Below, one piece after another: positions 29,352 through 42,240 of a stretch of DNA of 64,000 bases. The notes under the pieces were generated by a model. The model was not told the origin of the DNA. It saw only the letters and a list, made by a program, of their open reading frames with translations, and did no database searches. A program made the translations under genes and the position numbers. Every line of letters begins with the position of its first letter. The first letter of the stretch is position 1. This DNA is from the human T2T-CHM13v2.0 reference genome, Homo sapiens. The stretch lies in assembly GCF_009914755.1 (NCBI RefSeq), contig NC_060934.1; one strand, 5' to 3'.

Positions 29352-29521
29352 TGTTTTTTTATTTTTTTGTATTTTTGAGACAGGGTCTCACTCTGTCACC
29401 CAGGCTGGAGTGCAGTGGTGCAGTCTCCACTCACTGCAGTCTCAACCTCCTGTGCTCAAGTTATCCTCCCACGTCAGCCTCCCTAATAGCTGCGACTACC
29501 AGCATGCGCCACCACACCCAG

Positions 29522-29580
<59 letters not shown>

Positions 29581-29685
29581 CGCGCGCGCGCAGTGATGGG
29601 GTTTTGCCATGTTGCCCAGGCTGGTCTTGAACTCCTGAGCTCAAGTGATCTGCCCACCTCGGCCTCCCATGCCACATGCCCAGTG
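29352..29685 (-). mobile_element. AluJ-like SINE with linker replaced by (TG)n(CG)n
   Basis: GAGACAGGGTCTCACTCTG and GCTCAAG AluJ signatures; 13-bp TSD TGTTCTGCTGCTT (29339-29351 and 29686-29698); ~25-bp deletion near the Alu 5' end. Confidence 0.92.
29527..29592. repeat. (TG)23(CG)9CA perfect alternating pyrimidine-purine tract
   Basis: Counted directly: TG at 29527-29572, CG at 29573-29590. Confidence 0.95.
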
Positions 29686-30496
29686 TGTTCTGCTGCTTAA
29701 GATGATTAACTTTTGAATGAGCTGCTCAAGGACGAGGGCCACCAAGACTGTATCTTCTTTGTCAAACTCACTGAGGGCCCTTCTGGTCGATTTTGTAATC
29801 ACCTAGAATCTGTCATTAGATCTACAGTTGTCCTGTTAGAATAGGCAGATGTTTCCGGAACCCCTTCTTTAGGCTAGTGCAAGAGGATATTCTATTCCCT
29901 GTGATGATAGCAGACATATAATCGTCAGAATAGGAAGTTTGGCAGGGAAGAAAAAGAGTCTTACCCCAACTCAGCCTCTCTTAAATGCAGAATGACTGTG
30001 GGCCCTCTGGGATGTGGTGCAAAGACACGTGGCACCCACAGTGGGAGGTATTTTGAGGTAGTAAGGCTTTTGATACATCACTCAACAATGATTCTCACAA
30101 CCCATAATAAGATAACACAGCAATATGAATAATGAACCAATGAAATATGGTGCATAAAGAGTTTCTAATAATAGAGGAAATGCGTTGATACTTATATTCA
30201 CTTAATCAGGTACTAGGTTATCATTTATTGCCGTGAAGTAATCATTTAGAAAATGATAACCCTTGTTAATGAGCTGCTAAAAAGGCTCTGGTTATTCTCA
30301 TGAGATGCTACTATATAGACGAGGACCCAGCCCATCTCATAGTTATCACTTGTGTTGCAGAAATTTCTCCAGGCATATGTTGAGTGAAAAGAGAAGTGGA
30401 AAAAAAACCTTGACATTTCAATAGCAAAAAATATGCAAAGTTGAATATTCACTTAAATTTACAAAAATATATATATTTTCAGAAATTAAAAATGGA

Positions 30497-30630
30497 AGTC
30501 CAAGCACAGTGGCTCACGGCTGTAATCCCAGCACTTTGGGAGGCCAAAGCAGGAGGATTGCTTGATGCCAGGAATTTGAGACCAGCCTGGGCAACATGGC
30601 AAGACCTTGTGTCTTTAAAAATAAAAATAT
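30497..30630 (+). mobile_element. FLAM / free left Alu monomer
   Basis: Single monomer ...GGAGGATTGCTTGA...AGACCAGCCTGGGCAACATGGCAAGACC followed by an A-rich tail. Confidence 0.82.
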
Positions 30631-32703
30631 ATTCAGGGTAAAAAAATGAAACTAATTAAGTGGGTACTAGTTTGTATAACATATGCTTAAGGCAATAGAA
30701 ACATCAGGCCTTTTTATTGTATTTCTTTTATTATTGACATTGTAAAAATGCAATCTTATTATGAAAGTTATTGAGTGGCACTATCAGTATTCTGTCTCTA
30801 AATTTATTCATTTTCAAAGTATATTTTAACTAATTTTCTAGACTAACCGTTTCTCTTTCATTTCTGTTTATGCTGAACTTCATGGCCATTGTTTTTACAA
30901 GTGGTGTTAAACTGCTTATCAATGGTAGCTTTGGAGAAAAATATTAGATAGTATTTAAGAGACATATGCAATTATCCCCATGCATAAAACGTAGGGAGAT
31001 GTGTGTAGAAGTTTTTAAGCATATTTAACAAATTTATAAAACCTAGATTATACCTTAAATCTGAGCATGTCTTACTATTTTCAGCAGAAACATGAAAAGT
31101 AATATTCTAGGGCAATAGCTCTTAATGTGTCACTCATCCTGGCACATTGAAATCATTTGTACAATATGACATGAGTAATGTGTTATAGCAGTAGTTAAAA
31201 TGAAGCAAAGTATTTTTTTTCTCTTTGTAAGAATAGATTGAAGTTTCTCCTTCTATGGTATCAATGTCTTATATTTTAATCTAATATGTTTTACTGAATA
31301 ACAGAAAAAGGCAAGGTTTGGTCTGGTGTGCCAGAGACACTTAGGATCCTGCGACAAGGTACACTTAGGAGTGTGTCAAGCATACAAACATAATCTATCA
31401 CATAATAAGAATCACTGGCTCATATTAACACTTTAGCAAAGATGGGTGAATAGGTCTTGATAGCAATGAGACACTTTGAGAGCTGCGCCAGAGTAAACCT
31501 TGCTAAAATGTGCTATGTATCTTCCATTGTGAATAATAGAAAATATAAACCATAGGATGGCAAAAAACACTGGTATTAAGTTTGCTATTAAAATATAAAT
31601 TAGGCAGGATGGGAAGGTCCTTTGCACAAAATGAAAAGGTCGACACTCAAGAGAAAGAGCTAATCTAATATGACCTTCAAAATAGACTTTCTTTTCACAA
31701 TATAATAAAAGTAGAAAAATAAAAGTAAACTCAACTTGAAGAGTTATGCAACTAAAAATTAAAATCAAGTCACAGTTTTAAGACAGAGGCATGGGAATTT
31801 GCAAAAGAAGGTCTTTCTTACACCTGACTACAAACAGACTAGGTGCAAAGTCACCTTGAGAAAGAACCTAAATCAGCTTCACTTGGAAGTCTCGGTCTGA
31901 AGCTGAATATTATTTCTTTATAAAAACCATTTAATATACTTGAAGCTCAAGTAACTTTTCTTTTACATTTTTATTTCATGAAAGCCACCCATCTTTATTT
32001 TCCTTACAGAGTCTGGGTTTAATGCCTCATTTAGAAAGCCATTTTCTGTCATAAAATAACAAAATATTTTCATTTGTTTTAATAATTATATAATTTATAG
32101 TTTTAATAATTATATAATCCTGATTTCTAGTTTTAACTACTTAATCTAGTTATAATTCATTTTTGTTTATGAGTGGTGAGAGGTTAGAATCTCCTGATGT
32201 TTTTTTTCCAAATTGCAGTATAGTAGTTCCAATATCATTGATATAATTCTTTGTCCTCTCCTGTGGATTGGACATGCCTCCACTATCACATGTTAAATTT
32301 ATATATATAGATGTAAATTTTCTTGAAATGTGTGAAAGAATGATAGCTTCTCAGTTGGATACAAAGATAGGTAGATAAATAGATGTTAGAAATACAGAGA
32401 GAAACCATAATCTTCTCTATCCTTACTGTTTTTGGCTTAATTTGTCCATGTAGGAAAAAGGTATTTTAAAAGTCTCCAGTACAATTATAAAAGTGTCTAT
32501 TTGTCTTTTTGTTTTACCTGTCTTAGATTTTTATGTGTTGAAGTTATGTTGTTGAATGCCTAAAGATTCAAGACAGTTATGTCTGTTTGGGGAATTACAA
32601 CTTTTATCAACAGTAAATAGCCCTCTTTGTAGTTTCCATGGAAATCCTGTATTATTTGTTAATAATATGGATGTTCTACTGTCTTCATTTTTTTTTGGAT
32701 TCA

Positions 32704-33618
<915 letters not shown>

Positions 33619-33847
33619 TATATCTTATCTTTATTTTTATTATTCCATGCTACTTGGCTTTAGTTATGCCTATTATAAACACTATATGGCTGAATTGTGT
33701 TTTTTTTCACACAATCTGAGCTTCTAGTTTTTTAAATAAATCCAGTCTTTTTATATGTGTTGTGGTTACAGTTTCATTGTCATATAGATCTTTTGGTTGT
33801 GTGTTTTCTACTGGTATTTTTTATTTTTCCCCTCTACTTGAGTCTTT

Positions 33848-34163
33848 TTTGCTTTGTTTTGGGTGTTTTTGTTTTTATTTTTTAGATGCAGTCTCGCTCT
33901 TGTCACCCAGGCCGAAATGCGATGGTGTGATCTTGGCACTGCAACTTCTGCCTCCTGGGCTCAGGCGATTCTCCTGCCTCAGCCTCCCAATTAGCTGGGA
34001 CTACAGGTGCCTGCCACCATACCTGACTAATTTTTGTATTTTTAGTAGAGAATGGATTTCACCGTATTGGCCAGGCTGGTCTCGAACTCCTGACCTCAAG
34101 TGATTCACCCACCTAGGCCTCCCAAAGTGTTGGGATTGCAGACGTGAGTCACCACACCAGGCC
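33848..34163 (-). mobile_element. AluSx-like SINE
   Basis: CCTGACCTCAAGTGAT; 13-bp TSD TACTTGAGTCTTT (33835-33847 and 34164-34176). Confidence 0.92.
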
Positions 34164-34626
34164 TACTTGAGTCTTTAGATGGGTTGGCTAGATTTCTGTT
34201 GTTCTTGCTTATTCCCAGTGTTTATAAGTTTTAATTGCTGTGCCTTTTTTTTTTTCTAAAGTGGACGAATTTTTATTGTCTATTAAAGTATTTATTATGA
34301 ATGAAAATTAATAATCTACCCACCACCCACTAAAAGTAGATCTTTGGTCAGATTTGATTGGCCTGAATCATCCTCTCTAACAGCTCTATGACTTATTAAA
34401 ATTGTCTGGAACTAAAGTGCAAATCATTTCTCTACCTTCTTGGCAATCATATTCATAAAAATGACCATGACCTCTCTTCAGTTTTTCAATTCACAGTATG
34501 TTATCATCAAGTAAAACTATGCATTTTACTTGATGATAATATCAAGCAGTGGGCAAGTTATCTTTGCTCACCACTCTTTATTAATGCCTATGCAGTCTAC
34601 TATATTGGATTCTTTTTGTTTGATAT

Positions 34627-35025
34627 GCATATTAGCTTGCTAGAGTTGCCATAACAAGATACCATGACTGGGTGGCTTCAACAATAGAAATGTATTTCCT
34701 TATAATCATGGAGGCTGGAGGTCCAAGATCAAGGTGTCAGCAGGTGTGGGTTCTTCTGAGGCTTCTTCCTTGACTGGTCACTGGTCACCTTTCCACTGTC
34801 CTCACAAGGTCTTCCCTCTATGCAGGCATATCTATCCCTCATGTTTCTTCTTATGTCTAAATTTTTTCATTTTATAAGGGCATCATTCACATTGGATTAG
34901 AGCCTACCCTAACAGCCTCATTATAACTTAATGAGGCCCTGTTTCAAAATACAGTCACATTCTGAGGTTCTGTGGTTTAGGGCTGCAACATATGAACTTT
35001 AGGGGAATACATTCATCCTGTAACA
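34627..35025 (-). mobile_element. MaLR LTR (MLT1B/C-like)
   Basis: GGAGGCTGGAGGTCCAAGATCAAGGTGTCAGCAGG...ATTGGATTAGAGCCTACCCT...GTCACATTCTGAGG...CCTGTAACA. Confidence 0.82.
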
Positions 35026-37456
35026 GTATGTTTTGCTCATATGCATTTCAGATAAGTGCAAAATGCTAACCTTTTGAGTTCTTGATTGAAAAAAGCAATC
35101 GTGTCTATATTGGAAAGATTGGTTGGGTATAGATTTCTAGGTTGAAAATTATTTTTCCTTACGTAATTGAAGATGTGGCTGCATTGCATGCTAATATCCA
35201 GTACCTGCCTACCTTTTAGAAGACTGATGTCTGTCTGATTATTTCTCCTTCAGGACTTTTACACTACCTACTTTTCCCCGTATGTGAATAAAATGTTCTT
35301 TTTATTCCCTGGAATCCATAAATTTTCCTGGAAATTAATGAGCCCTCATCATTCGTCACCTTAGGGAGATTTTCAGCTGTAATTTGCTTGGTTATCTCCT
35401 TCAAGGAAAATTATTAGACAGATCTGCAAACTTCTGGACCTTTCCCCACCAACCCCTCACGTAAATTCACGACGTTTTCAGCTTTTAGTCCTCTGGCACT
35501 GTGGTCTTAGAGGATCACTTCTTTCAGTTTTCCTATTCACTTTTTGGTCTTTAATCTGGGTCAGTTTTGCTATTCAGTCTATCTGTGAGGCTTTTATTTT
35601 TACAATCATACTGTTAATTTCCAAGAACTGTGAATGCTTCCCCCTTTCATATTTGCCTGTTAGGTATGACTGACACCCAAATCTCTCAAGAGAGTTAATT
35701 ATATTTCTTTCTTTATTTTCCCATTGGTTCTGTTAACTGTCTTTCCCATGGTGTTCAGTATTCTGTTTAATGTAGTGTCTCTATTTTACAGTTTTTCACA
35801 ACTGTCTGGTTACTTAGTGTTCTATTTCTATAGATGGATGAGTCTAGGTTGAATAATATTACTATGTGTGCTTTATCTTCTCAGACCAAGTAAGAAATTC
35901 CCTTCCCCTAACAGTGAATATGCATTCTGATTCAGCATCTCTGGTTTCATATTTCTTTGATGTAAAGCACTAGCTGTTTTCTAGTGTGTTTATGTTTACG
36001 ATGTATTGTTAGCTTGTTTATGTGTTGAAGGAGGTACACGTATTTTTATGGCAGTCGTAAGGGACATTGCATCATTTCTCTGGTCTCAGTACAAACTCTT
36101 GGAAACTCCTGTGTCAGAGCTCCATTTCAGCAATATTTACTCATCTTGTCTGTTCTGGGTACAAATGCTGGAATCAGCAACTCCTAACCCAAGGAATCAA
36201 CCTGGCTCTTCTGGAGTCCTTGGATTAATTACCAGATGGTGACATATGCACAGCTTCTTCTCTTTGGTCTTTGTCCCTTTGAGTTATTCCAGAATTTGGC
36301 TAGAACAGTTCACATTTTTGTCATTGGTACTGATCTTTTCTTTTACCTGTAGGTGTTTGCAAATGCCTCAGTTCTGTTTATGTATTTTCTTCAAAAAGTT
36401 TCCATTTGATTTAAAACCTCCAAAAAGTCCTAACTATTTCTGTAAGCTAGTACCTGTGATCCTGATTTTCCATTGCTTCTGTTGATTTATGTCAGTGTTT
36501 TTCCTGTCTTTCCAGTGGAACATTTTTGGAGAGTATAGGTAAGTGTGTGTTTTCAGTTAGCCATCAGAACCAGAAATGAGTTTTCTAAATATTTACAACT
36601 TTTGAAGAACCTACTAAAAGAACAGTAATTCAGCTTAGAAATTCATTTTTTTTCCTGTTTGCTGTCTTGCAGTATAAATTTTCTTTCAATTTGAGGGAAG
36701 GTGTTTTGAAGGCATTCTGAAGGTGGTCTGTGCAGTGATACTGTTCATTGAGAGAAAAGCCTCTAAGTGTCGGGCTAACTAACATTAAATGCTACATGGG
36801 TCATTTTGCTATGAAGAGACATTTTCTTGGTGCTTTATTTCTGATTACTCCTATTTCTAATTACTTGGTCTCTTTCAAATAATGTGGGGTTAACGTTGAA
36901 GAGCTAAATACAAATCAGCCATTTCAATTTCCACATGCATAGTAGCTATACGTTTTTTCATTTCTTCCTCCTGTGAGACATTCAGTGATGTTTATTACAA
37001 ACCAAGTGAGGTGGAAGAACGACTGCCCGACTGGAACACAGGAAACCTATGTCCAACACCCAGTCACTAGGGATTAGAAACTCCGAAATTTCTAAAGCTC
37101 TCTGCTTCTCATCCTTCTTATTTGCAAGGACCTTAGCAATGCTTTAAAAAAAAATCTGAAAAACCTAAAACCACATCTGAAATTATTATTTTTTTAATCC
37201 CACAAAAGAATGCCAGCTTCTCATAATGAAATTCCCCAGTTACCACTCTCATTAACATGACATGACTTATCCTTCTATATTAGCTCCTTTTTTCCACCAT
37301 AAGATATATATGATGTGTAATAGCAATAGTAATAAAATGTGCTCGGTGTTGGTAATGAATTGACATACTTCACTTAAATTTAAACCTAATAACAGATCTA
37401 TCAGGGAGCTACAGCACACTTCATTTTATTGTACTCCATTTTACTGAACTTCACAG

Positions 37457-37459
<3 letters not shown>

Positions 37460-37529
<70 letters not shown>

Positions 37530-37533
37530 TTTT
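37460..37533. repeat. (AT)~26 followed by T~22
   Basis: Read directly; lies inside the Tigger1 5' end. Confidence 0.93.
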
Positions 37534-37680
37534 ACAAATTGAAGGTTTGTAACAACATTGCATTCAGCAAGTGTATGTATGGCTGCTATTTTCCCAACAA
37601 CTTGTGCTCGCTTTGTGTTTCTGTGTCACATTTTGATAATTCTCCCAGCATTTCAAGCTTTTCTCTTATCACTATACTTT

Positions 37681-38250
37681 TTTTTTTTTTTTTTTTTTTT
37701 TGAGACAAAGTTTCCCTCTTGTTGGCCGGGCTGGAGTGCAATGGCACAATCTCAGATCACTGCAACCTCCACCTCCCAGTTCAGGCAATTCTCCTGCCTC
37801 AGCCTGCCAAGTAGCTGGGATTACAAGCATGCACCACCACCCCTGGCTGATTTTGTATTTTTACTAAAGATGGGGTTTCACCATGTTGGTCAGACTGATC
37901 TCGAACTCCTGACCTCAGGTGATTTGCCCCCCTCTGCCGCCCAAAGTTCTGGGATTACAGGCGTGAACCACCACGCCTGGCCTACTTGAGTCATTCGATG
38001 GGTTGATTAGATTTTCTTTTTTCTTTCTTATTCCCAGTGTTTATAAGTTTTAATTGCTGTGCCTTTTTTTCTAAAGTGGACATAATATTTTTGCCTATTA
38101 AATTAGTTATCTATTTTGAATGAAAATTAATTGCACGCTTCTAACTTACCCATCACCCAAGTAAAAGTAGATCTTTGGCAAGATGTGACTGGCCTGAATC
38201 ATCCTCCCTAACAACTCTATGACTTATTAAAATTGTCACCGTGCCCGGCC
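37681..38250 (-). mobile_element. AluSp/Sq-like SINE containing a captured 255-bp non-Alu segment near its 5' end
   Basis: Alu body 37681-37982, foreign segment 37983-38237, residual Alu terminus ACCGTGCCCGGCC 38238-38250; TSD TCA[C/T]TATA[C/T]TT (37669-37679 and 38251-38261). Confidence 0.9.
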
Positions 38251-40022
38251 TCATTATATTTCTTATGGTGATCTGTGATCAGTGATCTTTGATGCTACTA
38301 TTGTATTTTTTTCTGGGGTGTTATGAACTGTAATATAAAATGGTGAATATAATTGATAAATACTGTGTGTGTTCTGACTGCTAGATTGACCTGTGGATCC
38401 CTTGTGTCACTCCCTCTCTTCGGGCCTCCCTATTTCCTGAGACAAGACCACATCCAAATTAGGCCAACCCTTCAAGGCCAATGGTCTTTAAGTGTTCAAG
38501 CGAAAGGAAGAACAGCACTTCTCCTACTTTAAATCAAAAGCTAGAAATGATTAAGCTTAGTGAGGAAAGCATGTCGAAAGGTGAGATAGGCTGAAAGCTA
38601 GACGTCTTGCTCCAAACAGCTAGTCAAGTTGGGGATGCAAGGGAAAAGTTCGTGAAGGAAGTTAAAAGTGCTACTCCAGTGAACACACACATGATAATGA
38701 AGCAAAACAGCCTTAGTGCTAATATGGAGAAGGTTTAAATGGTCTGGATAGAAGACCAAACCAGCTTCGACATTCCCTTAAGCCAAAGCCTAATCCAGAG
38801 CAAGACCCAACTCTCTTCAGTTTGGCTGAGAGAGGTGAGGAAGCTGTGGAAGAAAAGTTGGAAGCTAGTAGAGGATGGTTAGTTCATGAGGTTTAAGGAA
38901 AGAAGCCACCTGCTTAACATAAAAGTGCAAAGTGAAGCAGAAAGTGCTGACAGAGTGCTTGATAAAGCAGCAGCAGGTTGGAGGAGGATTGACTTCAGTT
39001 TTGAAAGAAGTTCTACTGTGGGTAAAACGCTATCAAATAGCATCATTTGCTACAGAGAAATCTTTTGAGCAAGAAAGTCGATCGTGCAGCAAACTTATTG
39101 TCTTGTTTTAAGAAATTGCCACAACCACTCCACCCTTCAGCAATCACCACCCTAATCAGTGAGCAGCCCAATAAAGTAAGACCCTTCACCAGCAAGATTA
39201 TGACTTGAAGGCTGAGATGGTCATTAGCATATTTTAGCAATAATATATTTTTAAGTTAAGGTATATACATTGCTTTTTGTAGGCATAATGCTGTTGCACA
39301 CTTAACCGACTACAGTATAGTGTAAACATGAGTTTTATATGCTCTGGGAAACCGAAAGATTTTTATGACTCATGTTATTGCAATATTTGGTTTATTGCAG
39401 TAGTCTGGAACTGAACCTGCAATATCTTTGAGCTCTGCTGATTAATGTCTTTCATTTAATAGCAGTGGAAACTGAAATTTAAAGACATTAAGTAACTTGG
39501 CCTAAAACATTCAATTAATCTGGGCAGAGACAGGATTGGAATCTGGTTCCTAATTCCTAACTATTACATTGCTCAGCCTTCTGGCTAATAGGTTAAACAT
39601 TGGGGGAAAGTTTTATGCTTCTGGAATATAATAGAGAGAAATGCCTCTCTGTATCACAAATAATCACCAACCAATTTTGGACACTCCTTTATAGTTTGAA
39701 AAAGTATTTCATATATATAAACCCATTTAATTTGCTTTGAGGTGTTAGAAAGAAAACTGGGGGATTCTTGGTCTTCATCTTAAGTAAGAAAGGTGAAAAA
39801 AAGACAACAGTGATCTATTTCCTCAGTCCTTAATGACCCAGCTGAATTGTAGATTGTTATTTCATCCTAATTCTGATTGTTCTAAGATTTGTTTTTTATA
39901 ATTACCCGCTCCCCTGCTTGCCTATGATACATTCTTTACAACATGTCCTAGATTATTTATAATTCAGTGACATCCAAACCCAGAAATTGTGGTGAAGTTT
40001 TAGTGTAACAAAGTAATTATGT

Positions 40023-42240
40023 TTTTTAAACTTTTTAATTGTAAGTTCAGGGGTACCTGTGCAGTTTTGTTACATAGATAAACATGTGTCTTGGTTTTTT
40101 CTTTATTATTTCATCACCTGTATTAAGCCAAATAACTAGTACCAATTAATTATTTTTCCTGACCCTCTACCTCCTTCCAACCTCCACCCTCCAATAGGCC
40201 CCAGTGTGTGTGGGTTCCCCTCTGTGTGTCCACATGTTCTCGTCATTTAGCTCCCACTTAAGTGTGAGAACATGCGGTATTTGGTTTTCTGTTCCAGCAT
40301 TAGTTTCCTGAGGATAATGGCTTCTAGCTCCATCCATGTCCCTGCACGGGATGTGATCTCATTCTTTTTAATGGCTGCATAGTATTCCATGGTGTGTATG
40401 TACCACATTTTCCTTATCCCTTATCACTAATAGGGGTTTAGGTTGATTCCATGTCTTTGCTACCATTAATAGTGCTGCAATGAACATACATACCTATGTG
40501 TATGTCTTTATAATAGAATGATTTATATTTTGGGCGGTATATACCCCATAATGGGATTGCTGGTTAAAATGCTAGTTCTGTTTCTAGGTTTTTGAGGAAT
40601 CACCACACTGTCTTCCACAATATAAGTGTTCCTTTTTCTCCACAACCTTGCCAGCGTCTGTTATTTTTTGCCTTTTTAATAATAGCCATTCTGACTGGTG
40701 TGAGATGATATCTCATTGTGGTTTTGATTTGCATTTCTGTAAAGATCACTGATTGAGCTTTTTTTTCATATGATTGTTGGCTGCATGTAGGTCTTCTTTT
40801 GAAAAGTGTCTGTTCATATCCTTTGCACATTTTTAATAAGGTTGTTTTTGTTCCTATAAACTTAAGTTCTTTACAGATGCTGGATATTAGACCTTTATAA
40901 GATGCACAGTATGCAAATATTTCCTCCCATCGTCTCTGATATTTTTGTCATCTCCCATATTTTTCAGCACTGTCTTGTAATTTTCATTGTAGAGATCTTT
41001 CACCTCCCCTGTTCACTGTATTCCTAGATATTTTATTCATTTGTTGCTATTGTGAATGGGATTTTATTCCAGGCTCAGCTCTTGGCTTGGCTGTTGCTGG
41101 TATATAGGAACGCTACTGATTTTTGTATGCTGATTTTGTATCTTTAGACTTTACTGAAGTTGCTTATCAGCTTAAGAAGCTTTTGCACTGAGACAGTGGG
41201 GTTTTCTAGATATAGGATCATGTCGCCTGCAAAGAGGGGTAATTTAACTTTCTGTCTTCCTTTTTGGAAGCCCTTTATTTCTTTATCTTTCCCAATTGCC
41301 CTGGCCTGGACTTTGAGTACTGTGTTGAATAGGAGTGGTGAGAGAGTGCATCCTTGTCTTGAAAGTGGAATGCTTCTAGCTTTTGCCCATTGAGTATAAT
41401 ATTGGCTGTGGGTTTGTCTTGTATGGCTCTTATTTTGAGGTATATTCCTTCAATATCTAGTTTATTGAGAGTTTTTAACCTGAACAGATGCTGAATTTCA
41501 ATGAAAGCCTTTTTGCATCTATTGAGATAATCATGTGGTTTTTGTCTTTAGTTTTGTTTATGCGATGAATCACATTTATTGATTTCTGTATGTTGAACGA
41601 ACCTTGCATCCTAGGGATGAAGGCTACTTGATTGTGGTAAATACACTTTTTGATGTGCTGCTAGATTAGTTTGCCAGTATTTTTTTTGAGGATTTCTGCA
41701 TTCATGTTCATCAAAGATATTGGCCTGAAATTTTCTTTTTTTCCTTGTATCTCTGCCAGGTTTTGGTATCAGGATGATGCTGGCCTCATAGAATGAGTTA
41801 GAGAGGAGTCCCTCCTTTTCAATTTTTTTGTATAGTTTCTCTAGGAATGGTACCAGCTATTCTTTGTACATCTGGTAAAATTCAGCTGTGAATTAATCTG
41901 GTCCTAGGATTTTTTGGTTGGTAGGCTATTTATTACTGCTTCAATTTCAGAACTCGTTATTGGCCTGTTCAGGGATTCAATTTCAGGGTGTGTATGTCCA
42001 GAAATTTATCAGTTTCTTCTAGATTTCCTAGTTCATGTGCATAGAGGTATTTATAATATTCTCTGATGTTTGTTTGTATTTCTGTGGAGTCAGTGGTAAT
42101 ATTACCCTTATCATTTCAGGTTGTGTTTATTTGAATCTTCTCTCTTTTCTTCTTTATTAGTCTAGCTAGCAGTCTACCTACTTTATTAATTTTTTTCAGA
42201 GTGCCAGCGCCTGGATTTGTTGATGTTTTGAATTTTTGTG
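40023..42240 (-). mobile_element. Older primate L1PA (PA13-16-like): 3' UTR plus ORF2 with internal deletions
   Basis: AAGTTCAGGGGTAC...CTCCCACTTA...ATAGCCATTCTGACTGGTGTGAGATG...GGTATCAGGATGATGCTGGCCTCATA; ORF 40600-40830 gives EMQIKTTMRYHLTPVRMAIIKK (L1 ORF2p C-terminus). Confidence 0.9.

Larger units (their letters stand above)
37412..39440 (+). mobile_element. Tigger1 DNA transposon, internally deleted, inserted into a MIR
   Basis: Tigger1 5' end TTACAAATTGAAGGTTTGT; transposase N-terminus LNQKLEMIKLSEESMSKGEIG*KL; deletion junction near 38950; 3' TIR region GGAACTGAACCTGCAATATCTTTGAG. MIR halves lie at ~37320-37410 and ~39441-39580. Confidence 0.9.

Noticed and set aside
32076-32118. Short duplication GTTTTAATAATTATATAAT x2 (and similar CATTAATTA repeats at ~26401)
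   Set aside because: Ordinary slippage in AT-rich DNA.
38500-39070. Possible domesticated Tigger (TIGD-like) transposase
   Set aside because: There are in-frame stops and a large internal deletion near 38950 that removes most of the catalytic region.
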